A DNA stretch of 59,953 nucleotides, the filler included, from Dimargaris cristalligena (lineage: Eukaryota): assembly GCA_003614675.1 (NCBI GenBank). It is 5 parts of 5 records of this genome, joined end to end, with 100 filler letters (N's around TTAATTAATTAA, not from the genome) between each part and the next. Parts side by side here need not be neighbours in the genome. Positions count along the whole stretch, not along the records: positions 12,024 to 23,937 come from ML003073.1; 4 more parts are not named here. One strand, given 5' to 3'. How positions within the stretch are numbered: position 1 is the stretch's first letter; each line of letters opens with the position of its first letter. The translations under genes were made by a program, and so were the position numbers. This document shows, in pieces, positions 13,443-24,037 of the stretch. The notes under the pieces were generated by a model. The model was not told where the DNA came from, did no database searches, and saw only the letters and a program-made list of their open reading frames with translations.

Positions 13443-13646
13443 TTAATTGTATTTAAATACAAATAACACCATGAGTTTGCGGATTGTAAACCGACTTCCG
13501 GGGACTCGGCGGGAAAGGGTCGGGGGTGGGGGAGCGGCAGCATTGGGGTTGGTGAGAAGCAGGGGATGGGCGTTCGTTGGGGTGACAACGAGAGTAGCCA
13601 ATAACCCCAGGGCCACGACGACCAGGAGACTACTAGTGCGCACCAT
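13443..13646 (-). CDS. Putative small secreted prepro-peptide (67 aa)
   Basis: Signal-peptide-like MVRTSSLLVVVALGLLATLVVTPTNA, Pro/Ala pro-region ending LSRR (Kex2-type site), and a 20-aa cationic tail. Upstream TATATAAA on the minus strand at 13910-13917. No recognised homologue. Confidence 0.55.
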   Translation of the reverse strand: MVRTSSLLVVVALGLLATLVVTPTNAHPLLLTNPNAAAPPPPTLSRRVPGSRFTIRKLMVLFVFKYN

Positions 13647-16600
13647 AGTGAAAAGAAGGGGTGCTAGGAGGGGGTGGTGGTAATAGGTGGTCGGTTTTCG
13701 TTAATAAAAGGGTTGGCGTAATCGTCGCTGGTCGGTGCGGTGATAGATGGGCTTATAATATAGATTGAGTGATGAGGCCGGTATTAAATGGGGTATACAT
13801 GTGGGATGCGGGATAGGTAGATGGTGGGCCAGTGTGAGTATTAAAGCTAATAGAAGGTGGGTTGACTGAAGAACGAATACAAAAATAAGAGGGTAGGGAT
13901 TGCCGGCGGTTTATATAGGTTACATGAGGTCGCCAGGCATTATGGCACAGGGTGATTGCCATTCAGCGGGGCAATACTTTTATTCAATGGCTGCTAAAGA
14001 TTGTCTACCTCATTTGTCGAGCTGAGGCGAGGATAGCTGAAATACACCCATTCAAAAGAAGATTTTCAGACATGGCAATTGTTAACGATTTTGCATTATC
14101 TCAAAGTAAAATTGGACCACCTTGTACAATGTCATGAGTTCGATAGATAGTAAGATATTTAAGTTTTTTCACATTGCTATTTTATAGCGATTGCCGAGGG
14201 AGGGAGTTTGTAAATCGTCGTACGCTGGACATCAATGTATCCCAATTAAGATGGCGACATGGGTGATACGGAAATGTTCGTTGGAACACGAGCTAATGGC
14301 AGTCCTAATCTGTCCGATCCCTCTCTAGCTCATGCGATACCAAAATGCCGCTGGCTACTATTGTGTGTTCCCGTGGCATTTCTCCCTCTTTTCCATCTAT
14401 GGTAGGATTGTATCCCTGGTAACAAGTTTGTCTATCCCTCCTAAATGTTCAACTTAGTTAGGTAAATTAGGATAAAATGCCCCATTTTCTTACATTTTAT
14501 CGCGCCATGGTTCAATTACGAGTGTCGACTCCTAAAGAAAGTGTTTGGATTTCCCGCTTGGGGTCACACGGTTGAATCAGGCAGTAAAATATGTCCTCAG
14601 TGTTCGCAGGATTAGCGGATAGTATCATATTGCAAGGACAGTGGTGCCCATCAGACTCAGGCAGATGTTCTAGCTGCCATGTATTATTTCTGTCGATTTA
14701 CGTTATGTTAGCGTCGACTTTAGTCGGTTAGATTTTTATTCCCTTTCACCCTCTCCCTGATTCCACGATCTGTAAATATGGCCTTTTGGCTCTTAGTCGA
14801 TCCCTCGCCGAAGTTCCTTGGCGGTGGTTATCGGTGACCCCGCATTGGCCCAACATAACCATGTCAGCTGCCCCATCCGCGTGATCTAAAACCCAGTGTC
14901 CATCCGAGCCCAGTGTAGATCCCCCCATCAATTGTATTTAATACAGACTGGTGTTACTCCTGTCAAGAAGATGCAGGGGGGTAAAGTTCAGTGGAAGATT
15001 GAAGGGGGTAAATAACAAATTAGGGGTGTGTGTGGTTTACTACTTCCTCTGGTCACTCAAGACCATTGGGATCGTGCAGTGACTCCGATATTAGCTCACC
15101 CAACTACTTTGCTATGTACTATGTTCGTGTACGAGGCCGCTCTTATTGTAGTATTTGTTACTTCTCTTCTTTTCTAGACCGCTATATCGCGGAGTGTATC
15201 TTTAATTCAGGGTACCTGGGTACACGGCAGAGATATGTAGCATATATCTAAATGAATGCCCTATAGACTCATTGGAAAGTGCGGTTGAGGATTGGCGTAT
15301 TGGCTTTACCACCTACGCTGCCAAGAAGAAATATCCGCCATACCATTATGGAGAAGCCCCTCCACCGCCTGACTGGGAGTGAATCAACCCCCCCCTTCTA
15401 ATTGGGGATACTCCGGGAGTATCCCTAGCTGAATATAGAAGTTGGCAAATAATTACTACAATAAGGGGCGGGGAGATCTATAGCTGAGCCCCATTTGGTG
15501 ATCAATCCGGATGATTGCTATTAAGTCCAAGAACGGCGAGGTTGGAGGAAGGGCTTTCTGCCAGGATTGCCAGGCTGAGTTGGCTCTGAGCTAAAAGTGC
15601 CCAACCCCGGCCAGATCCAACGATGACCAAAGAGGAGCACATCCATACAGTTTGTGGATATCTATGTTAAACCAAGGCTTGCCATTTGAATCGCCGTAGC
15701 GGTCCAACAAAAAATTTTACGTGGCTCTAACTCAGACTAGTCATCCGTCCAGAGAGAATGCAAAGAAAGTGGCTGAAGATAGGTGTAGTCATATCTGCTT
15801 GCTTGGGTCCGGTTAGTAGAAACCAACTGTATCAGGTATATTTAGCTGATCAATCTACGCCTAAGGACAGTTATTTAGGTCATATAACCGCCCATAATCA
15901 ATTCCTATTTTAGCGCTTATCAGGGCCTAACCACTCCCGCCACCAATCATAATAATAAACTGGTATTGTACTAGTATTTACTTTCTTATCCTAACACAAC
16001 CATTAGGTGCCATATTATATAGAATATTACTAAATAAGCGTTCCCTCAATAACCCCGCGCGTACATGCTAGGACTGCTGACATTTCAGTCTATAAGAAGC
16101 AAACACGCCCGGCAGTTTGTGCTTGACGGGGCTGATATTTCCTGATACCACCAAGGTCAGATCAGAAGCCAACATGTACTGAACGAGCCGGTAGAGGGCC
16201 ATCTTGGCCACCCGGTCGATGGATGCGCACATCTGGGTCAGGGCTTTAGGGTAACATTGGGCCCTTAATTTGGCGGCGACATCCTTCAGTTAGTTGAAAA
16301 ATATATCCCGACGGATCTATTATTCTCTCCTGTGTCTGACCAATTATGTAAGTCCATTTAGTTATACTGTGGCCATTCATTTTAACCACTTAAAATGTCC
16401 CCTGCCAATTACACTATTCAAAATAACTATCCACCTAGAGAGGCACCCACCGTCCCCTAGCCGCTTTCTTCCTTTAATTCCAGTTTTATTAATATTCCTG
16501 TAGTGTTTCCGATACATTGGACATGATATTATCCCGCCTTACTAGTCCGTCTTAAGGTATCGGTACTTAGCAGGGGCGCACCTCACTCCTGTTAAGTATT

Positions 16601-17796
16601 AACAGCCGCACGTGGTAGAATCAGAACCGTTACATATAAAGGGTGATCCGCTAACCATATTGGTATCCCCTTTAGTTCACTTGTGCTCCTATTGCTATTT
16701 TATTCCTCCACTCATTTATACTTCGTTATATATCGCTTTAATTCGCATTTATAAAAATATAGATCAGTTTTGGACTGCAGTCATGTAGCTATTAACGTGT
16801 TTGCAATATATTAACCGAAGCAACCAATCCATCGGCGTCGCCTTACCGCGGCCTCTTCCACTTTGTAGCATTTCTCCCAGGTTGTCAGTTGAACGACCGC
16901 CTGGGCAGTCCGACTGCTACTATATTTAATTAGGGTTACCTGGAGTGATTTAGTTGGTCATCCTCGAGACATTCTTCGCTTTATTTATAATACTCTGGCA
17001 TCATGGACTGTTAGGGTTATCTACCATTTTACCGTTATCTATTCAATGAATATTGTCCCCGTTTCGTATTGAGTGACGTGTACCTTCATAATCCCGAAGT
17101 TGACAAGTATGATCTTTTCCCCATACAAAGTATTTTTGGCGCTAGGGCTCATTATTTACCCGCTTGGACACTGTTGGGCTCACTGTGAATAGGGTCAGAC
17201 GTGAGATCTCTCCAATGGCCGTTATCGGACATATCGCTTGGCATTGTTGACAGTGGTTCTTGCTATTCCGCCGCTGGACTCGCCCCAACACCGCCAAGTC
17301 CACCATTTCCCCGATGGCGCTACTAAGTTGTCGTTGTAAAAATCTCGACTAAGAGCGCGTTAATTGGCGGGCGCTGCTGCTATTCACTCAGTAAAAGTTG
17401 ATCCACGGCGTTTGATTAGTAAAGCCGCCGGCAGTTCGCAGCCTTTACTCCTCCGCAAAAAAACACCGATTTTTACTAACCCCGCGCTGTCCCACCAAAG
17501 CTTGTTCCTTCTAATAAACTTGTTTATTATGAAATGCGATTTATTATTTTACTTATATATCCGAGTCCCCCATATCAGCCAACTGTTCCTTTTGCTAGGT
17601 TCTGAATAAGTTCCCTATTTTTGCCTGTTTGTATTAAATAGTATTTGGTGCTCCGCTCTGCGCTCAGCCAGCGTGTCAAACACCGTGAATAACAGACGAC
17701 CAGCCTACTTTTAACCCATTTTGAGTTGGGCAGTGGTATTTTCTCTTGTTTGTCCTTCCGCCTATAATCCAGCCCACTCTTTACCGGCGACTGAAT

Positions 17797-20700
17797 ATGT
17801 CCGAGTCGTCGGCACTCTACCCTGACTCTCCCCCACTCCAGGTTGTGCAGGGGCCTTTCACTAATGGCCCAGTTGTGAATTCAGGTCACCAGCACTCGCA
17901 GACCCAGACCCAACGCATGCAACCCCATTCCAGTCCGGAATGCCACCCGCCGCCCCCTTCTTCCCAGGGCTCTGGCGTCGAAACTGCGTTGGACTCCTCC
18001 CGTCATTTACAAATGGACTTTTCGGGGCAACCTGGCATTGGAACCGAACCAGGTCCTGGCCAGTTCGACGTTGCCGTCCCGTTGGCTACTGAGTCCAGCA
18101 TGCCCAATCCTCGTCGAGTGTCGCAGGAGCAAAACCCCCGTTCAACATCCACATCCCCGCTGGTATCGGCGCCTGGACGCCCCCACTACTCGGATAAGCC
18201 AGAATCCCCGCACCTGTCCGCACTGCCTGGTCAAAGCACCGACTATCGTACGTCCTCCTCGACCGATGGTGTTTCCTCTCCCTCCCCCGAGTATTCTAAG
18301 CCTTATACCAGCCATGGATCCCAACTATCCACCAGTCCCAGTGGGAAGTTAAAACAGCTGGAAGGCCACGGCCCAGCCCACGGGCCTTCGTCAATGGAAC
18401 TCAATCAATCCACGCTGTACACTGGTAGTTCTCCCTCCCCCACACAGCGCTTGGATGCGGGCCGTGTTCCTTCCGATCGACCATTACCCGAATCCGGCAG
18501 CTCCAGCGGGGACTCCCGCTCCTCCTCCCCGCCTCCATTGCCACCATCACCTCCCGGTATCTGGCCCCGCCTATGGGTCTATCTATCCGCCGTAACCCGG
18601 ACCGTCATGACCCAGCTTCGAGCCCCGGGTGCCATGACCGTGCTAATCCGTGCTATGTTGACCGCGGCCATATCGACGCTATTCGTCCTTATTGATGGCA
18701 TCGAGCGGTGGATTGGTTCCTTTTCATTTCTATTGCCCCTGGGTGCTACTCTGCTCTGTACCTCCTCGACTATTGGGGCCCATGTTGAATGTATGGTCTT
18801 GGGCTACGTTAGTCTGGCTGCTACCTTTGGGTACACTCTCTTGGGGCGGTTTGCTGCCGAGGAATGCAACCGGCGATTTGTCCCAAGCGGCAACCACGGT
18901 GCCCGGGCTATCTTAGCCGTCTGGCTGTTCGTTGGGCTGTTTCTGGTCAGCCTGATTCGAGTACGCCATAGGCGGTACTTCATCCCGACCATCCTGTTCT
19001 GCCTCCCCTTGACTCTGGTCTTGACCACCAACGTCGATAGTACAACAGGGGCCTTCTCAGCCATGTGGTCCCTCACCAAACCCTTTGTCTTTGGCGCCAA
19101 CATTGCTCTCGTCACCGGGATTTTCGTCTTCCCCGTGTCAGCAATTTTCAACCTGGAGAAGCACATACTCACCGTCATGTGCCGAATTCTTACGGTGCTG
19201 GATATCACCACCCGGGCCTTTTTGTTGCGGGATTCGTCGGCCCTTCTCACTCCCCAGCAGTTTAATTCGCACATGGCCAAGGTCCGCCAGGCCATGTCCG
19301 CTCTAAAGGAGGCCGCCCTTGTGGCCAAGTACGAGATCTCGTATTCCAATCACAAGCCCGAAGATTTTACGGCCATCCAGAAAACGCTGTTGACCATCTC
19401 CCAACACTTGGGGAGTATGGTCCTTAGTGCCCAAAATGAGCGATACCTGGTCCACGCCCGCGACTTTGTCGACCACCAGGCGGATACGAATAGTTCCGAT
19501 TCAGATGCGCCGCATGTTGGCCCCCCACAGACCGGGGTACCTAAGCAACTGGCCAAAGCCAATCGGCGGGTATTCATACAGCTATTACGGAATTTTGCAC
19601 CATCGATCCAGGACCTGTCCTATCTGTGTGAATTGACTCTGGACCGTAGTGCCCATCAATTCATCAAAAACTGCCAAGCATTGGGTCGGTCATCCGCGCT
19701 TCCGCGCATTGTCAACGACGTGCCCGGGAATTTGCTTATCCATGGGTATTCCCTCATCGAATCCCGGTACCAGAACCAGCCCCGTAGCGATAAGTTCGGG
19801 CCCTTGAAGAGTCTTTACCGTCGTCTGGTAGAATGGTTCTGGGACGCGAAGAAAATGAATGCATCCCCAGGCGAAGTTGAAGCCAAGCGAACATCTTCAG
19901 CTTCTTCCGGGGTGGTAGACCTCAATCAGGTGGAATCAAACATGAACTTAGCCGATGGTCCAACTAGTTCGGGTAGCATAGTCATCGACGTCAACCACCC
20001 GGGTTATTTTAATCAACCCGTTGAACGCCGCCTAATGTCCCAACTCTTTCCAAAGATTGCTCCAGAAAACTCTCGCGAACAGTCCCCAGAGCCAGGCAAT
20101 GTCCATCAAGATACCGTTGACGAAGATCAGCCCTCGCCTCCAAACACCTATTCTTATCCGACGAACTCAAAGCCAACTGACGAAATCTTCCGGCGCCCCG
20201 TGTGCTCCGACTACCCACTGGCGGACTCCGACATGCAGGAGTTTGTTGATAGGGTTCTCAGAGCCATTGCCCAGCTCGACAGCTTAGAAGTATCAGTCAT
20301 TGGCAAGGTGTGCCGATTCCCGGCAGGTTTTTCTGGCCGTATCGCCCCCCTAGATTCACAGAAGGGGCTCAAGCTAGATGTCCCCAAGCCCGGTTCCACA
20401 GCGGATGAGCCCAGCAGTGAATCGATCGCTGCGCTGCCCCTGGATGAATTCAGCGAAGAGGCCTTTTTGATTTTTTTCTTTCTATTCAGCCTCCGCGAAG
20501 TAGCCGTCCTCCTGTCGACGCTGATGACCCAAATTCACACACTGCAGCTCGCTCGGTCCCAAACCAGGCGGCTATGGATCCGCTGGAATAGTGACGCGTG
20601 GAAGGTTTTCCACTACTTCCGCGTCTACATTATCGATAGTCTGTTCAACCGGCGGCAGCGACGATCAAAGAACACCCCACTAACTACTGGTTCGAATGAT

Positions 20701-23010
20701 AACCTGGCTGGCCCTGGGCAGCAAAGTGCTCTACAGCAGCGGCGCTCCAGCCAGGAAAAGGGCCCTCAACATCGACCATGTTGTAATAAGGAGTTTGGGA
20801 AACTGCCCCAGGATTCTGAAGCCGCCCATTCTACTGGCGTACAGGTACGTCCCAGCCAATACCGCCCAACCGATAACCCTTCAGGCACTGAGCCGATTCT
20901 TCGCCGTCGCCGCCGCCATCAGCCCACTAATGCACCCGCGACTCGGATTGGCGGCTTCTACGAAGAATATCGGGAAATTGTGCAGCAAGTGTTTGAGGAG
21001 AATATTGACGACAATGATTCGGAGTCCGCTTCTGAGGCTGAAGCCGGTGTCGTGACTGAACCTCCCCACGCTCGCCCGGCCGCTACTTCTACTCGCCAGT
21101 CGAAATGGTGGGTCCGTTGGCGGGGTTGGTTGGATATTTTTCGGCCCCCACGGTATACCAAGGGTGAACGGCGGGAAGAATCGGTGCCTGCGATGGATGG
21201 TTCCCATTCTCTAACCCACGGACCCGAGTATGCCTTCCCTCATATCACAGTGGTGGAGCAGTCCGATGCGCGGGCGTCTTCAGCATTACCACCGAGTCAG
21301 GGCCCAATGCCGACTGAATCGGCATCACCTTATACTCCCCCGCAGCGGTTATCCACCGATGGAAGACAGGGTTCCAGTCGAAATCTGGCGGAGCAATCAG
21401 ACCCAGCGGTAAACCCGTCATCCAAGTGGGCCTCCTTCTTATATGGGTTGTGGCTTATCTCCCAGTTCCTCAAAAGCGGGGCAGTACAGTATGCCGTCAA
21501 GGTATCGCTCTCCATTTCGGTAATCTGTCTCCCGGCCTGGTTTGACACTTCCATGGATTTCTACCGCACCCAACGCGTGGAATGGATTGCCATTGTCGTT
21601 CTTATCGTACTGAGCCCCACCATTGGCCGTACCCTCCTCATGTCTATCTACCGGGTGGTCGGAACCGTCTATGCCGTGCTGGTTTCACTGATTGGTTGGC
21701 ACATGACCACGGGCAACAAGTACGGCCTCTTCATCGTTTCCATTGTGTTTTCAGCCCCCGCTTTTTATGTGATCATTTTCACGCCCCACAAGGGCGTCGG
21801 GTATCTATCCTCGTCTGTTTATATCATCACAGTATTCACGCTGTACACCAACAACCAGGGATCGGATAACATATTGACCCTGACGTACCAGCGCCTCTGG
21901 ACCAGCTTGGCGGGCATAGTCGTCGCCCTGCTCTTCAACGCCTGGTTATGGCCCCGCATTGCTCGGGTTGAATTGCGCCATTTTACAGCGTTGGGATTGG
22001 ACACGCTGGGTAATATTTATTCGCAATTGACGGCCAAGCTGGTCATTCATCCGTACCTCAATTCACGCAACCATTTCTTCAAATTGCGCCTGGAGCAAGA
22101 CAATGCGAGGAGTGGCCGACAGGAAGGGGCAACTACTACGAGGAGGGACTCGGCTCACCACACTAGAGATGTCGTACTTGATCCGGGCTACCCCTATATC
22201 AACTTCCCCCCTCCCTCTGCCGCCCTCGAGCCCTACGATCACCTCCAGGCCAGTGTCACCAAATCAACCCGGAAGATGCAGGATTTATTGGGGCGGAGCC
22301 AAATTATGCTGCAGGAATCCATGCTGGAGCCCCGCCTCCGGGGGCCCTTTCCCGCTGCAGTATACACCGAAATCCTGGGCCGCCTGCAAAATATTCTCGA
22401 CCGTTTCATCTCTATGTCCGTGACGACAAACTATATATCGCCCGAAGTGCACCGGGCTCTTATTCTCCCGTTCAACCAACACGGCCGCCGCGACTTGACC
22501 GCCGCTATCCTAATCAATTTCTACGCGCTCGCTGGCGCCCTCCGCAGTAAAACTCCGCTCCCGCCGTACTTGCCGAGTGGTCGGGCGGCCCGGATTCGCC
22601 TTATCAAACAGATCCGGGGCCAAATGGACCCCCTTCACCAGAGTGATAGGGTTGGTGTCCCTAATGGTCCCGCAGTTCTAGTTGCTGGTGGAGCTGATAG
22701 TGGTGGCTGCGGGGATAGCATCACCTATGAGATTCCCGAGGCCTTGGGTGGGACCAACGCTAGCCCCCCAGCTACTCCGCATTCTCGGGAAGCGATCGGT
22801 TTAGCAGGATTAAGGCCCTCTGCAGCCGGGCTGCCGAGCCAGTCAATACATCAGCCACGGAAATATATGTTGAATACTTTCTACTGGTACGCCTACTGTG
22901 CCGCACTGGAGGAAGTGATAGAAGAGCTGGAAAACGTTGTCCTGCTAATCAAATCGCTGGTGGGGGAGAATGCGATGCTTCATGACCTTTTGGATTCGCC
23001 AGAGTGGTGA
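17797..23010 (+). CDS. Large polytopic membrane protein, FUSC/ArAE (aromatic acid exporter; BRE4/YGL140C-like) family, ~1737 aa, intronless
   Basis: 5.2-kb ORF with first ATG at 17797. Two hydrophobic TM clusters, and the C-terminal cluster has family-like motifs (YAVKVSL, EWIAIVVLIVLSPTIG...YRVVGT, WLWPRIARVELR, EPRLRGPFP, ALRSKTPLPPYLPSGRAAR). Confidence 0.8.
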   Translation: MSESSALYPDSPPLQVVQGPFTNGPVVNSGHQHSQTQTQRMQPHSSPECHPPPPSSQGSGVETALDSSRHLQMDFSGQPGIGTEPGPGQFDVAVPLATESSMPNPRRVSQEQNPRSTSTSPLVSAPGRPHYSDKPESPHLSALPGQSTDYRTSSSTDGVSSPSPEYSKPYTSHGSQLSTSPSGKLKQLEGHGPAHGPSSMELNQSTLYTGSSPSPTQRLDAGRVPSDRPLPESGSSSGDSRSSSPPPLPPSPPGIWPRLWVYLSAVTRTVMTQLRAPGAMTVLIRAMLTAAISTLFVLIDGIERWIGSFSFLLPLGATLLCTSSTIGAHVECMVLGYVSLAATFGYTLLGRFAAEECNRRFVPSGNHGARAILAVWLFVGLFLVSLIRVRHRRYFIPTILFCLPLTLVLTTNVDSTTGAFSAMWSLTKPFVFGANIALVTGIFVFPVSAIFNLEKHILTVMCRILTVLDITTRAFLLRDSSALLTPQQFNSHMAKVRQAMSALKEAALVAKYEISYSNHKPEDFTAIQKTLLTISQHLGSMVLSAQNERYLVHARDFVDHQADTNSSDSDAPHVGPPQTGVPKQLAKANRRVFIQLLRNFAPSIQDLSYLCELTLDRSAHQFIKNCQALGRSSALPRIVNDVPGNLLIHGYSLIESRYQNQPRSDKFGPLKSLYRRLVEWFWDAKKMNASPGEVEAKRTSSASSGVVDLNQVESNMNLADGPTSSGSIVIDVNHPGYFNQPVERRLMSQLFPKIAPENSREQSPEPGNVHQDTVDEDQPSPPNTYSYPTNSKPTDEIFRRPVCSDYPLADSDMQEFVDRVLRAIAQLDSLEVSVIGKVCRFPAGFSGRIAPLDSQKGLKLDVPKPGSTADEPSSESIAALPLDEFSEEAFLIFFFLFSLREVAVLLSTLMTQIHTLQLARSQTRRLWIRWNSDAWKVFHYFRVYIIDSLFNRRQRRSKNTPLTTGSNDNLAGPGQQSALQQRRSSQEKGPQHRPCCNKEFGKLPQDSEAAHSTGVQVRPSQYRPTDNPSGTEPILRRRRRHQPTNAPATRIGGFYEEYREIVQQVFEENIDDNDSESASEAEAGVVTEPPHARPAATSTRQSKWWVRWRGWLDIFRPPRYTKGERREESVPAMDGSHSLTHGPEYAFPHITVVEQSDARASSALPPSQGPMPTESASPYTPPQRLSTDGRQGSSRNLAEQSDPAVNPSSKWASFLYGLWLISQFLKSGAVQYAVKVSLSISVICLPAWFDTSMDFYRTQRVEWIAIVVLIVLSPTIGRTLLMSIYRVVGTVYAVLVSLIGWHMTTGNKYGLFIVSIVFSAPAFYVIIFTPHKGVGYLSSSVYIITVFTLYTNNQGSDNILTLTYQRLWTSLAGIVVALLFNAWLWPRIARVELRHFTALGLDTLGNIYSQLTAKLVIHPYLNSRNHFFKLRLEQDNARSGRQEGATTTRRDSAHHTRDVVLDPGYPYINFPPPSAALEPYDHLQASVTKSTRKMQDLLGRSQIMLQESMLEPRLRGPFPAAVYTEILGRLQNILDRFISMSVTTNYISPEVHRALILPFNQHGRRDLTAAILINFYALAGALRSKTPLPPYLPSGRAARIRLIKQIRGQMDPLHQSDRVGVPNGPAVLVAGGADSGGCGDSITYEIPEALGGTNASPPATPHSREAIGLAGLRPSAAGLPSQSIHQPRKYMLNTFYWYAYCAALEEVIEELENVVLLIKSLVGENAMLHDLLDSPEW

Positions 23011-23937
23011 GTGCGATTGATCCTGGGTCACCGAATATTACTTGTGTAAATAATCTAATCATTTGTGGTATCCGTTTAACGGTATTGGGGTTAATAAGGT
23101 GTTGGGCAGCGCCTGTTATTATTTCCTGGCCACCCTACTACCCGTAGCGCGTTATTTTGATATGGGCGATCCCATTAACTAGCAGATAGCTACAAAATGT
23201 TAGAGAAGGGAATTGCCAATAGCCTATCACGCAAGAGGACAAGGAACACTGGTTCCTGTAACCTCCACATTCTTTCCTGGACGCGGGTTTTGATCATGTC
23301 CGAGGGACTATGGTTCTTATCAGGGATTGTTTTTCTCTTCTTGAGACCTATCGTTGCTTTTAAGGATGTTGTAGGGATGTCTTAAACCCCACTTGCCTCA
23401 CAAGAGTTATGCCAGACACCTGAAAGCACAGCCTGGATCCCCAATCACCGACCTTAGCCCTCCATTATTCTATCGTATCCTTGCATAAAACTTTCGTTGT
23501 ACCTCAACATTTTACTGCTATTGCCACATTAGTAGTTTATTTATTCATAATTTACACTCTCAAGTTTATTGATTCTGTTACTTTGTGCAAAGGGTTGATA
23601 TTGAAACTTATTTTTATAGAACATGAGCATATCTACGTTTAACGGTCTGCCGAGCTATAAATACACTTAGATCATTGACCAACGGCTCCTGATGACCCCC
23701 AGGTTGACACTATAGAGAAACATAAATCACAGCTGCTTATGAACAATATACCAGTTCCTTGTATGCACATCAGCAACGACTGAATATCGGAAAATTATAT
23801 TAATAAATGTCCCGTTTTGTCGAAATATTAATAGTCCAATACTTACTGAAGGATTATGTATAGTCAAATCAAGATAGTTCTCCAATTCACCCCACCAACC
23901 CTTTCATTCACATATTTCTGGTTATGTTTGGAATATT

Positions 23938-24037
23938 NNNNNNNNNNNNNNNNNNNNNNNNNNNNNNNNNNNNNNNNNNNNTTAATTAATTAANNNNNNN
24001 NNNNNNNNNNNNNNNNNNNNNNNNNNNNNNNNNNNNN
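23938..24037. other. Artificial contig-joining spacer
   Basis: N44-TTAATTAATTAA-N44. Confidence 0.98.

Noticed and set aside
14780-14791. GGCCTTTTGGCT matches U2 snRNA stem I
   Set aside because: Only 12 nt match; no AAGATCAAGTGTAGTA branch-recognition sequence or Sm site follows
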